58,546 nt of DNA, from contig JBARRZ010000041.1 in the NCBI GenBank assembly GCA_049644465.1, forward strand, positions 1-58,546, in the 5' to 3' direction. The notes beneath the pieces were generated by a model that was given only the letters and a program-made list of their open reading frames with translations, did not search any database and was not told where the DNA came from. Positions 48,233 through 57,178 of this stretch are shown here, one piece after another. A program made the position numbers and the translations under genes. Source of the stretch: Limnothrix sp. GTDB taxonomy: Bacteria; Cyanobacteriota; Cyanobacteriia; Cyanobacteriales; MRBY01. How positions within the stretch are numbered: position 1 is the stretch's first letter; every line of letters begins with the position of its first letter.

Positions 48233-50269
48233 CTACGTTGTTTTTCTTGATTTTGTTGTTTTGCGGCGGGTACTGCGTCGTCTTGGCAAAACTTTTGGTG
48301 TCGGCGGCTTTGCGGGCATAAACTGCTCTACTTCATCAAAAATCGGTACGGTAAACGAAAATATTGCGCCTTGATCTTTGCCTGCGGATTCACCCCAAAT
48401 TTTGCCTTGCCAGCCGGAGACAATTTGCCGACAAATGGCTAAACCTAAACCAGTACCGCCTGCGCTACGACGTAAGGCTCCTTCTTCTTGGTAGAAGCGA
48501 TCAAATACGGTTTCAAGACGGTTTGGTTCGATGCCACGCCCGTTGTCTATCACGCTAACAGTGAATTCTGTTTCTGTTTTGTTTGTTACGGCGATCGCCA
48601 CCTGACCAGACGATTCGGTAAATTTGCAGGCATTGTCTAACAATTTCGCGATCACTTCGACGAGCCATTCACCATCTGCTTGGACGAGGGGTAAATCTTG
48701 CGGAACTTCATTAACCAAAGTCGGCAAAGGCTGCCCGCCACTCTGGAGCCGTCGCGCCCGGAGATGACTTAAGCCCAATTCCACGCATTCATTCAGCAGT
48801 AAAGGTTCGATTGTCCATTCGATTCGGCCACTTTCGAGACGAGACAGGGTTAGAAAATCTTGAACTAGCGTCCGCAGTCGTTCAGCATCTTGCAGCGCGG
48901 TATCCAGCATCACTTTGCGCAGCTCTTCTGGCATATCAGGTTCGCTGGCGAGACTTTCTAGACAAACCTGAATGGTTGAAAGGGGTGTCCGCAATTCGTG
49001 GCCTGTAATGGCAACCAAGTTGGAACGCGTACGGTCAAGGGCTGCCAATTGTTCGTTAACGGCTTCGAGGTTGGTATAGGCTTCGGCTTGGATTAACGCG
49101 ACACCGACTTGCACGGCGATCGCCCCCACCAGCGCCACATCTTCCGCCCGCCAGTGGATCGCCGCACCCTCGCAATGATGCAATTCGATCATCCCCAACA
49201 AACGGCCCTGATAAATGATGGGCACGAGTAACCAAGAGACAATCTCACAACTTTTTGCTAACTCCTTGATCTGACCTTTGACAAAATAGGGATCATTTGC
49301 GGTCTCGTCTATGCCTAGCGGTTCGCCTAGCGCCACGACTTCTTGAAAAAGTGGGTTGTCTTTCAGAGGCCATTTTTGACCCTTGACTGAAATTTGATCG
49401 CGATTTAGAAATTCTTGGCTAACATTCGCTTGCTCCGAACCTTCTTCGCACCGATAAATAATGCAGCGGCAAACATTGAGGCCCTCGCCCAGCTTTTCCA
49501 CTGCTAATTGCAAAATGTCTTCTGTGTCCAGCGATCGCCGAATTGCTGCCGTGATTGTGTTGATCAGCCGCTCTTTACGCTCTTTATTTATGAGAGAACG
49601 GTTTGCTTTGATGATTTTGTACTGACTCGCTTGAAGATAATTCACAAGCCGCTGTACAAAAGGATCTGCCGTGGCGTGAGGCTCATGATCAACGAGTATT
49701 TTCGCTGGCGTTTGGGAGAAGTATTTTGCTTTCGCTGCTTGGATTTTGTCTGTTAGCTCAGGTCGGTAAACTAATACCCGATCCAGTAAGATTTCTGCCG
49801 CTTTCTCTGTAATTAAGCGATCTTCTGTCCACAACCCTTCAAAACGACGGGCATTATCAGCGATAAAACTATCTACTTTCCCCGGTGGGCTCGCCTTTTC
49901 GCGACAGACTAAACAGCTTGAAAACTTGTCGCTCAGAACGATCAAGTGCCATTCTTCTGATAGCGCATCATCGGGTGTGAAAGCAATTGTTTCATAGTCG
50001 CCAGAGGCATTCTTGAACTCAGTTTCTGGCGCAGAAAAAACATAAACTTGATCGGATTTTTCCGCAATGCGACGGTAGCGATTCGCTTCTTGGCGGTAAT
50101 ATCTTTCTTGCTGAAAACTGGCAATCACTAAAGGAGTTGCGGATTCTGCAAGAACTTGGTCTTCCATGGCGTGAGATAACGCCGTCAAAGAGGCTTTGAA
50201 GTATAACTGCGATCGCCCATTAGGAACGGCTTCAAATAATTGATCGACGATCGAGAGATTAATGCTCAT
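48233..50269 (-). CDS. DICT-GAF sensor histidine kinase
   Basis: DICT: YFKASLTALSHAMED, ASFQQER.YRQEA.RY, L..EWHL. GAF follows. GHELRTPL H-box; LDNACKFT, DNGRGI and GGTGLGL boxes. Confidence 0.92.
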   Translation of the reverse strand: MSINLSIVDQLFEAVPNGRSQLYFKASLTALSHAMEDQVLAESATPLVIASFQQERYYRQEANRYRRIAEKSDQVYVFSAPETEFKNASGDYETIAFTPDDALSEEWHLIVLSDKFSSCLVCREKASPPGKVDSFIADNARRFEGLWTEDRLITEKAAEILLDRVLVYRPELTDKIQAAKAKYFSQTPAKILVDHEPHATADPFVQRLVNYLQASQYKIIKANRSLINKERKERLINTITAAIRRSLDTEDILQLAVEKLGEGLNVCRCIIYRCEEGSEQANVSQEFLNRDQISVKGQKWPLKDNPLFQEVVALGEPLGIDETANDPYFVKGQIKELAKSCEIVSWLLVPIIYQGRLLGMIELHHCEGAAIHWRAEDVALVGAIAVQVGVALIQAEAYTNLEAVNEQLAALDRTRSNLVAITGHELRTPLSTIQVCLESLASEPDMPEELRKVMLDTALQDAERLRTLVQDFLTLSRLESGRIEWTIEPLLLNECVELGLSHLRARRLQSGGQPLPTLVNEVPQDLPLVQADGEWLVEVIAKLLDNACKFTESSGQVAIAVTNKTETEFTVSVIDNGRGIEPNRLETVFDRFYQEEGALRRSAGGTGLGLAICRQIVSGWQGKIWGESAGKDQGAIFSFTVPIFDEVEQFMPAKPPTPKVLPRRRSTRRKTTKSRKTT

Positions 50270-50485
50270 TGAAAAATGCTTTGATCCTTTGGGAAAATCG
50301 TCGCTTGCTAGTAGACACTATTGCATAGGAATCCTTCCGATTATCCTTGATTGTTCACCATTGATCAATTTTTTTGTGTTGCAACTATGCGTCTACTAAC
50401 TTTGGGGCTGCGGGTAAAACGCGGATGTGAGCGAATCTTGAGCCTGTTGCGATAATCAAGGAATTTTAAAATGTCCCTTTTTCAC

Positions 50486-50517
50486 AAAAAAAATCTCCTT
50501 AAGCCAGCTAAGGAGAT
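50486..50517 (-). terminator. Intrinsic terminator after the NAD(P)-binding protein gene
   Basis: ATCTCCTTA-AGCCAGC-TAAGGAGAT preceded by an A run. Confidence 0.75.
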
Positions 50518-50555
50518 CGCAATATATTTTGATTGAAAATCAACTAACTTTTTAT

Positions 50556-51215
50556 TTAAGCCGCCAATTCAGCAAATAGCTGGGGGTAAGGTTTGGCTAG
50601 AGCATCGGCCTTAGCGACGGCTTCAATAATTTGATTGTGGGTGGCGACATCACCAACGGCAGCGGCACAGAGTTCAGCCACGAGCTGACGCGGAATACTG
50701 CCTTCAAATAAAGTGTCTGCTCCGGAAACAACAACGGGGGCGATCGCCTCACTATTGAGACCACCGGGACGGACAATCGTGTAAGTCAGGCTACTGCCGA
50801 TCAAATATTCTTCAGCTTGCTTTTTCCAAAACAGCACTAAGCCAAAAATATTGAGCGGGTGGAAAAATCTCGAGACGCAAAGCGAAGTAACCAGCAAGAA
50901 TTGTTTGACGCTTTTGGCCTCAGCAACATCAACAAGATTTTTCGTGCCGACGTAATCCACTTGATAAAAGGCGGCGATATTCCAACCGGGACGCGCTGCT
51001 GCTGCCGAAACAATATGGTCACAGTCGGCGATCGCCGCATCGAGCGTCTCTTTCTTCTGCAAATCTCCCAGCACTAGCTCGACACCAGCCGGTAACATCT
51101 CCTTTGCTTTCTCCAAATCCCTGACCATCGCTCGCACCGAAACGCCCTTCTCCACCAATGCTTTAACGATGCGATGTCCCGTTGCGCCTGTCGCTCCGAC
51201 CACTAATACTTTCAT
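50556..51215 (-). CDS. Atypical SDR / NAD(P)H-binding protein (Tic62-like)
   Basis: VVGATGATG, VDY.GT.NLV, SLCVSRFFHPLN.FGLVL.WKKQAE, YTIVRPGGL. Confidence 0.88.
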   Translation of the reverse strand: MKVLVVGATGATGHRIVKALVEKGVSVRAMVRDLEKAKEMLPAGVELVLGDLQKKETLDAAIADCDHIVSAAAARPGWNIAAFYQVDYVGTKNLVDVAEAKSVKQFLLVTSLCVSRFFHPLNIFGLVLFWKKQAEEYLIGSSLTYTIVRPGGLNSEAIAPVVVSGADTLFEGSIPRQLVAELCAAAVGDVATHNQIIEAVAKADALAKPYPQLFAELAA

Positions 51216-51231
51216 AGAAAACTCCTGTCTT

Positions 51232-51249
51232 GTTACAAAACTTTAGATA
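51232..51249. promoter_or_regulatory. Candidate HLR1 (RpaB) site in the divergent intergenic region
   Basis: GTTACAAA-AC-TTTAGATA matches the (G/T)TTACA(T/A)(T/A)-N2 direct repeat with one mismatch. Confidence 0.45.
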
Positions 51250-51354
51250 AAACCTATCTAAATTATGGCGGATCCGTATAACTTGGGATGCAACTTTACA
51301 GAAAAACAGGCATGATTTTAGGTACAACAAGGTTATTCTCTGTTATTTGATTCT

Positions 51355-52119
51355 ATGAACTCGACAGAATCGTCTCAAAACTTTGCGGAATTCGGTACAG
51401 CTAACGACGATTTTCCACCGATCCATTTCCAGACTCGCTTTCAAGGAGCCATGGTGATGTTCGCGCCTCTGCCGATTGTGGCCAATTATCTTAATGCCCA
51501 TGGTGGTTGGTTTCACCGTTGTGCCAAACCGATGCAAGTAGAACCCTTTACCGACCAAGGTTATATTTTGACCGTTGGTAAATTTGGTTCGTTTGGCTAT
51601 GAAGTGGAGCCAAAAATCGCGGTGGTTTTCGATCCCCCCGTAGACAATCTCTATTTGATGTACAACGTGCCTGTACCGAACGATCAAACTCAAGGCTATG
51701 CAATCGATTACAAAGCAGATATGAGTTTGGCGGACATTTCCTTCGAGGAAGCTGTTGCAGAGCATCAATCAAAAATCTTGAAAAAGTTTGGCGATCGCCC
51801 CGTTCCCGAATGTGTCACTCAGATTCACTGGAATCTGCATTTACAAGTCAGAGTACAATTCCCGAAATTTATTTACAAGCTGCCGCAAGATCTCATCCGC
51901 TCAACTGGCGATCGCCTCCTTTCAAGCATCGTTGCGCAAATTTCACCACGCCTAACTACCAAAATTCAACAAGATTTTCACAGCAGTCACGATCTCCCAT
52001 TACCCCCCAAAGGCGGCAGCTTCTACAAATCACTCGATACAGCCAGCACGACCGAAACCGATGTGGACGAAAAAAAGGAGGATACCGATAATATCCCCCC
52101 ACAAAGCATTGTCGTGTAG
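51355..52119 (+). CDS. DUF1997-like protein
   Basis: YLNAH.GWF.RCA.PM, G.FGSFGYEVEPKI, FPKFI..LP..LI..TGDRLL, RLT.KIQ.DFH. Confidence 0.82.
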   Translation: MNSTESSQNFAEFGTANDDFPPIHFQTRFQGAMVMFAPLPIVANYLNAHGGWFHRCAKPMQVEPFTDQGYILTVGKFGSFGYEVEPKIAVVFDPPVDNLYLMYNVPVPNDQTQGYAIDYKADMSLADISFEEAVAEHQSKILKKFGDRPVPECVTQIHWNLHLQVRVQFPKFIYKLPQDLIRSTGDRLLSSIVAQISPRLTTKIQQDFHSSHDLPLPPKGGSFYKSLDTASTTETDVDEKKEDTDNIPPQSIVV

Positions 52120-52126
52120 CAAGTAT

Positions 52127-52597
52127 CTAGAGGCGACCAATAATTCTGATGACAATATCCATTCCTGTAAACGCCTGCCAACCGAATAAACCAACCAAAG
52201 CTGTATTTAGACTAATGTGCGTGAGGCGAGCCGTTTCATTGCCTTTTTGCATCAACGGGACAAGGGAAGCAGAGACAGCAATCAATGCCGTCATCCCAAG
52301 ACCGACAAACAAGTGAGGCCCAACAAAAAGTTTGCCATTATTGATGTAAGTGACCGCCATGCCGCCAACTGTGCCTAGCACCATAAAGGCTAAGACGATA
52401 GAACCCGCTTGATGATGTTTGATGGTGAATTTTTTGGAGATTAATTCTTTGCGTACTTCTTTATCGGCGGAGCGAATACGGCGGCTCTGGAAGCCTGAAT
52501 ACATCGCGTAAACGCATAACCCGAATAGAAACCACATTAAGGCGGGGTGACCAAATTGCGACCATGTTTTGACAGATGCTGGAATTTCAAAACCCAT
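52127..52597 (-). CDS. DUF4079-like membrane protein with conserved histidines
   Basis: GHP.LMW, HHQ.G, NGKLFVGPHL, R..HI.LN, WQA.TG; start set at MGFEIP with GAGG RBS. Confidence 0.82.
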   Translation of the reverse strand: MGFEIPASVKTWSQFGHPALMWFLFGLCVYAMYSGFQSRRIRSADKEVRKELISKKFTIKHHQAGSIVLAFMVLGTVGGMAVTYINNGKLFVGPHLFVGLGMTALIAVSASLVPLMQKGNETARLTHISLNTALVGLFGWQAFTGMDIVIRIIGRL

Positions 52598-52772
52598 TAT
52601 TGTGTTTCCTCTTATTGAGTTGAAGTGTAGTAAATCTTTATAAAAGTTAACCGATTCCCTAGTAAATGCAAACGACAATCTTAAAACTTCTGTTGTTTTA
52701 TTTCGTGATCATCGTCGAGCCAGACAATACTTTTACAATGGTACTGAATTCTTAAGAGAATATTAATTTCCT

Positions 52773-54233
52773 ATGCCCGCATCAAACCAAATTGAATTAT
52801 TTAGAGCAATTCACGCGCAGAACTTTGAGGTGGTGGCACAGCTTTTTCAGCGAGGGGTTGCGGTTGATAGTTTGGCTGGCGATCGCACGACTCCATTGAT
52901 GCGGGCAAGTCGTTTGGGTTCGGTGGAATTAGTACAGCTTTGTTTGCAAGAGGGTGCAGATCCAAATCTGCAGGGCAAGCATGATTTAACAGCGTTGATG
53001 TTGGCTGTGACGGCTAATCAGCCACCTGTGATCAAAATTCTGTTGGCGGCGGGTGCGGCGGTGAATGTCACGAATGAAGATGGCACAACGGCGTTAATGG
53101 TTGCAGCCTATCAGGGTTCTCTTGCGGTGGCGGAATTGCTGGTGGAGGCTGGGGCCAAGATTAATGAAGAAGATCACGATGGTGATACGGCGTTAAATTT
53201 AGCGATTCAAGGTGACCATCAGTTAGTTGTCAATTTCTTGTTGCAGCAGGGAGCGGATCCCTATCAGGGTCACGGTAGTCTGGGCATGGCGGTCTCGGAG
53301 CGGGCGATCGCCGCTTTTGAAACACTGTTAGCGTTTGGGGTGAATGTCAACTTGCCCTGTGCTGATGGTCGAACTCCGTTGATGCATGCTGTTATTTCTG
53401 GCTACAGCCAAATGGTGGCGAAATTATTGGCTGCTGGGGCCAAGTTCGAGCAACCTGATCTGCGCGGCGATACAGCTTTGTTACTGGCCGTTGAGCAGGG
53501 AGATCTGGTGATTGTGCAGCAACTTATGGCCGCTGGTGCATCGTTAACTCAGTCTGAAAATTTATTAACTGTTGCGGCGATCGCCGGCAATCAAGATCTA
53601 CTCGAATTTTTATTGACACAAGAAATTTCCATCAATGCCCAAGATGAATCCGGCGATACCGCGCTTCATGTCGCCAGCCTAGAAGATAACCTCGATATCC
53701 TTGAATACTTGCTCAATCAAGGTGCAGACGCCAACGTTGCCAACCACCAAGGTGACACCCCGTTGCTAATTGCAGCTTACCAAGGACATGGGGCGATCGC
53801 CGCCCAATTACTCGACCACGGTGCAGATATTCATTACCGCAATGCAGGCGAAAATGCTGTACTCATTGCCTTCAACGCCGGCAAAGTTGATGTACTACAA
53901 CTCCTACTTGAGCGAGGTGGTAACCCAGACGAACGCCTACCAAAAGGCAAAACATTGCTGATGCAAGCCGCCGACCGAGGCTACATTGCCGTCATCAAAA
54001 TATTATTAGCCGCCGATGCCGATATCAACGCCAAAGACGATCACCACGCCACACCGTTAATGTGGGCGGCCCATCGCTGCTACACCCAAGTTGTAAAATG
54101 CTTGCTCGATCACAGTACAAACTTGGACATCAACGCAAAAAATAAGCGGGGCGACAATGTTCTCAAGCTGGTCAAATATAACCGCTGTGAAGCCATTGTC
54201 ACTCTGCTAAAACAGCATGGTGCTGTTGAGTAG
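52773..54233 (+). CDS. Ankyrin-repeat protein
   Basis: More than 10 G.T(P/A)L..A...G....V..LL..GA..N repeats covering the whole protein. Confidence 0.95.
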   Translation: MPASNQIELFRAIHAQNFEVVAQLFQRGVAVDSLAGDRTTPLMRASRLGSVELVQLCLQEGADPNLQGKHDLTALMLAVTANQPPVIKILLAAGAAVNVTNEDGTTALMVAAYQGSLAVAELLVEAGAKINEEDHDGDTALNLAIQGDHQLVVNFLLQQGADPYQGHGSLGMAVSERAIAAFETLLAFGVNVNLPCADGRTPLMHAVISGYSQMVAKLLAAGAKFEQPDLRGDTALLLAVEQGDLVIVQQLMAAGASLTQSENLLTVAAIAGNQDLLEFLLTQEISINAQDESGDTALHVASLEDNLDILEYLLNQGADANVANHQGDTPLLIAAYQGHGAIAAQLLDHGADIHYRNAGENAVLIAFNAGKVDVLQLLLERGGNPDERLPKGKTLLMQAADRGYIAVIKILLAADADINAKDDHHATPLMWAAHRCYTQVVKCLLDHSTNLDINAKNKRGDNVLKLVKYNRCEAIVTLLKQHGAVE

Positions 54234-54273
54234 GTAGCGTGAGTTCGGGTTAAGAATTTAGAGAAAAACCTTT

Positions 54274-54430
54274 AGAGAAAGGGAGACTTGGAGATTTAAT
54301 AGAGATGCGGAGACAGGGGGATACGGAGAATGGAGATAAAGAGAATAAGGGTGAAACTAAAATTTTTTCAAGCAAAATCCCTGTTTTGAACAAAATCTCC
54401 GCGTCACCAGCTTTCCTTCCTCCCTCTGTC
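54274..54430. repeat. Degenerate short tandem GGAGA-core repeats plus an inverted pyrimidine-rich counterpart
   Basis: GGGAGACTT, GGAGATT, GAGATGC, GGAGACAG, GGGGATAC, GGAGAAT, GGAGATA; then ATCTCCGCGTC...TCCCTCTGTC; between convergent genes. Confidence 0.6.
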
Positions 54431-54514
54431 AACATTTCAAGCTTTACTTATCTCGAACTCAGATTAAGTATTTTATTGTTGAAAAAACAACACTCTTTTG
54501 AGCTGTTCTAATCG

Positions 54515-55705
54515 TTATTCAACGACTGGCGAAGCATTAAGGAAGTCTTCTAACTCAATTGCCTCAGCAACATGGGGATTTTTGACGGGGGCTTCTGGCA
54601 CGTTGGCATGGCGGGCATCTGTAATCCACCAATCTAAAGCTGTTTCTTGCAAATCGATGGTTGCGCCAGTTTTATCAACGCAATAGCGACCAAACACTAA
54701 TTTGTCTTTGAGCCTTACACCGGAGCCAAGCCGGGAATATTCAAAAATAACGCTGCTCTCGACCGTCGCTCCAGAACAAATCCAGCAGCTTGGGCCAATC
54801 ATTGTGGGGCCAATAATTTTTGCACCGTCTTCAATACGGGTCATTCCACCGATATAAACGGGGCCTTGGATGTCAACTTTATCCAGATTGACAGCGACAT
54901 TCAGGCCAGTGTAAACGCCGGGGGCAACTTCGATGCCGGGGATGGGAACGTTTTTAACTTTGCCTTCTAGAACGCTTTGAATTGCGCGCCAATAGTCGGG
55001 AACTTTACCGATATCGACCCATTCAAATTCCATATCAAGGGCGTAAAAGGGGGCTTTGGCTTCGACTAGTTTGGGAAAAAGTTCGCCACCGATATCAAAT
55101 TCGCAATTGGGCGGAATAAAATCGATTACTTCTGGTTCGAAGATGTAAATGCCTGTGTTGATCTTGGTGCTGAGTGCTTCTTCAACGGAGGGTTTTTCTT
55201 GGAAGCTGAGAATACGGTCTTCATCGTCGGTGACGACTACGCCGTAGCTGGGGACGTCTTCTTTGGGTACTGATTTGGTGATAACGGTGGCGATCGCCCC
55301 TTTTTCACGATGCCATTTAATCGCTGCTGTGAGGTCAAGATCGATTAGTGCATCACCGCAGAGCACAACAAACGTGTCGTCAAAAAACGGGTTGAAATCT
55401 TGAATTTTACGGATACCACCAGCAGAGCCGAGCGCGTCCCCTTTCATATCACCGTCTTCAATACTGCCCTCAAAGGAATAGGCCAGATGCACACCATAGC
55501 GTTGACCATCTTTGAAATAACCTTCGATTTCGTGGGCGAGGTGGCTAACATTCACCATGATTTGATCAAAACCATGCTCGGCGAGAAGATCTAGCAAAAA
55601 TTCCATCACTGGTTTTTGCAAAATCGGAATGAGCGGCTTAGGAATGGTGTAGGTGATAGGGCGTACCCGGGTTCCACGGCCTGCTGCCAGAATCATGGCT
55701 TTCAT
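54515..55705 (-). CDS. cugP: Cyanobacterial NDP-sugar synthase (UTP-glucose-1-phosphate uridylyltransferase, CugP type)
   Basis: MKAMILAAG.GTRVRPIT..IPKP.IPI.QKPV; YSFEG; FQEKP; hexapeptide region; DWWITDAR. Confidence 0.85.
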   Translation of the reverse strand: MKAMILAAGRGTRVRPITYTIPKPLIPILQKPVMEFLLDLLAEHGFDQIMVNVSHLAHEIEGYFKDGQRYGVHLAYSFEGSIEDGDMKGDALGSAGGIRKIQDFNPFFDDTFVVLCGDALIDLDLTAAIKWHREKGAIATVITKSVPKEDVPSYGVVVTDDEDRILSFQEKPSVEEALSTKINTGIYIFEPEVIDFIPPNCEFDIGGELFPKLVEAKAPFYALDMEFEWVDIGKVPDYWRAIQSVLEGKVKNVPIPGIEVAPGVYTGLNVAVNLDKVDIQGPVYIGGMTRIEDGAKIIGPTMIGPSCWICSGATVESSVIFEYSRLGSGVRLKDKLVFGRYCVDKTGATIDLQETALDWWITDARHANVPEAPVKNPHVAEAIELEDFLNASPVVE

Positions 55706-55922
55706 GAATATTTTCGTCCTCGAACAGTAATGATGTTTGGAAATGAGAAGGGGAATAACACTTGGAACAAATCGATTTTATTTTACCGAAAGTCAAGTGT
55801 TTCTCTGGTTGTTTTCTGGGCTGAATTAGCGCGATCAGGATTGGCTGAATTACTCGGGCGATCGCCAATGCAACGAAAATTCCGTCTAGGATAGAGAAAA
55901 CAATGGTTTTATTCTGACAGCG

Positions 55923-57023
55923 ATGGCGATTAAACGCAGCCAAGGTAATGATAAATCTGTCCACAGAAAGACGCCACAAAAAGCTGCGCGAGATCCCCTC
56001 ACGGATAGCCAAGCACTCCCGGATGAACAGGATCTCAACAGTTCTGAAGAAAAAATTCGGCCTCAGAAATTAGCTGATTATTTGGGGCAAAAAGATTTAA
56101 AAGAAGTGCTCGCTATTGCGATCGCCGCCGCTAAGGCCAGAAAAGAACCGCTAGATCATATGCTGCTCTACGGGCCACCGGGTTTGGGCAAAACGACGAT
56201 GTCGCTCATTCTCGCAACTGAGATGGGTGTTCGGTGCAAAATCACGGCGGCTCCAGCTCTGGAACGGCCAAGGGATATCAGCGGTTTGTTGGTTAGCTTA
56301 GAGGCGGGTGATATTTTGTTTATCGACGAAATTCATCGTTTAAATCGTATGGCGGAAGAATTGCTTTACCCAGCGATGGAAGATGGTCGACTCGATGTCA
56401 CGATCGGCAAAGGTGTGAGTGCGAGAACGCGTAGTATTCCGCTCAAGCCCTTTACGCTAATCGGGGCAACGACAAAAGTGGGCGCTTTAACTTCGCCGTT
56501 ACGGGATCGATTCGGGTTAATTCAACGGCTACGGTTTTATGAAGTGGATGAACTGGTGGCGATCGCCGAAAGAAGCGCGAAAATTTTTGACCAACCTTTA
56601 ACAACTGATGGGGCGATGGAGATTGCTCGCCGTTCTAGAGGTACGCCCCGTATCGCCAATCGTCTGTTACGCCGCATTCGGGATTATGCCCAAGTCAAAG
56701 GTTTCGCTGAAATCAATCAAGAAGTCGCGGCAACGGCAATGGATTTGTATAACGTCGATCCTTTGGGTTTAGATTGGACAGATCGCTTAGTACTCAAAAC
56801 AATGATTACTCATTTTGGCGGTGGCCCCGTGGGTTTGGAGGCGATCGCCGCCGCTACCGGTGAAGACCGCAAAACCATCGAAGAAGTCTACGAACCTTAC
56901 TTACTCCAAATTGGTTTTCTCAACCGCACTCCACGGGGGAGAGTTGTCACACCAAATGCTCGTCAACATCTTGGCCTCACCGTCGCCACAGATCCGCAAA
57001 CCACGCAGCTCGATTTATTGTAA
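55923..57023 (+). CDS. ruvB: Holliday junction branch migration helicase
   Basis: [57 protein letters not shown]...RTPRGR. Confidence 0.98.
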   Translation: MAIKRSQGNDKSVHRKTPQKAARDPLTDSQALPDEQDLNSSEEKIRPQKLADYLGQKDLKEVLAIAIAAAKARKEPLDHMLLYGPPGLGKTTMSLILATEMGVRCKITAAPALERPRDISGLLVSLEAGDILFIDEIHRLNRMAEELLYPAMEDGRLDVTIGKGVSARTRSIPLKPFTLIGATTKVGALTSPLRDRFGLIQRLRFYEVDELVAIAERSAKIFDQPLTTDGAMEIARRSRGTPRIANRLLRRIRDYAQVKGFAEINQEVAATAMDLYNVDPLGLDWTDRLVLKTMITHFGGGPVGLEAIAAATGEDRKTIEEVYEPYLLQIGFLNRTPRGRVVTPNARQHLGLTVATDPQTTQLDLL

Positions 57024-57178
57024 ATTTGCTCTAAAAGAAGTTGCCGAGATAACGATATTCAGGGGAAACCTAACGACCTCATTGCTGTTGTAGGTTGGCG
57101 GACGACCGAAATCTTTCTTTCCAGAATCCCTTTAGAATGTTTAAAACACCTAAAAATTCCGGTCATTAAAGCAAATTC

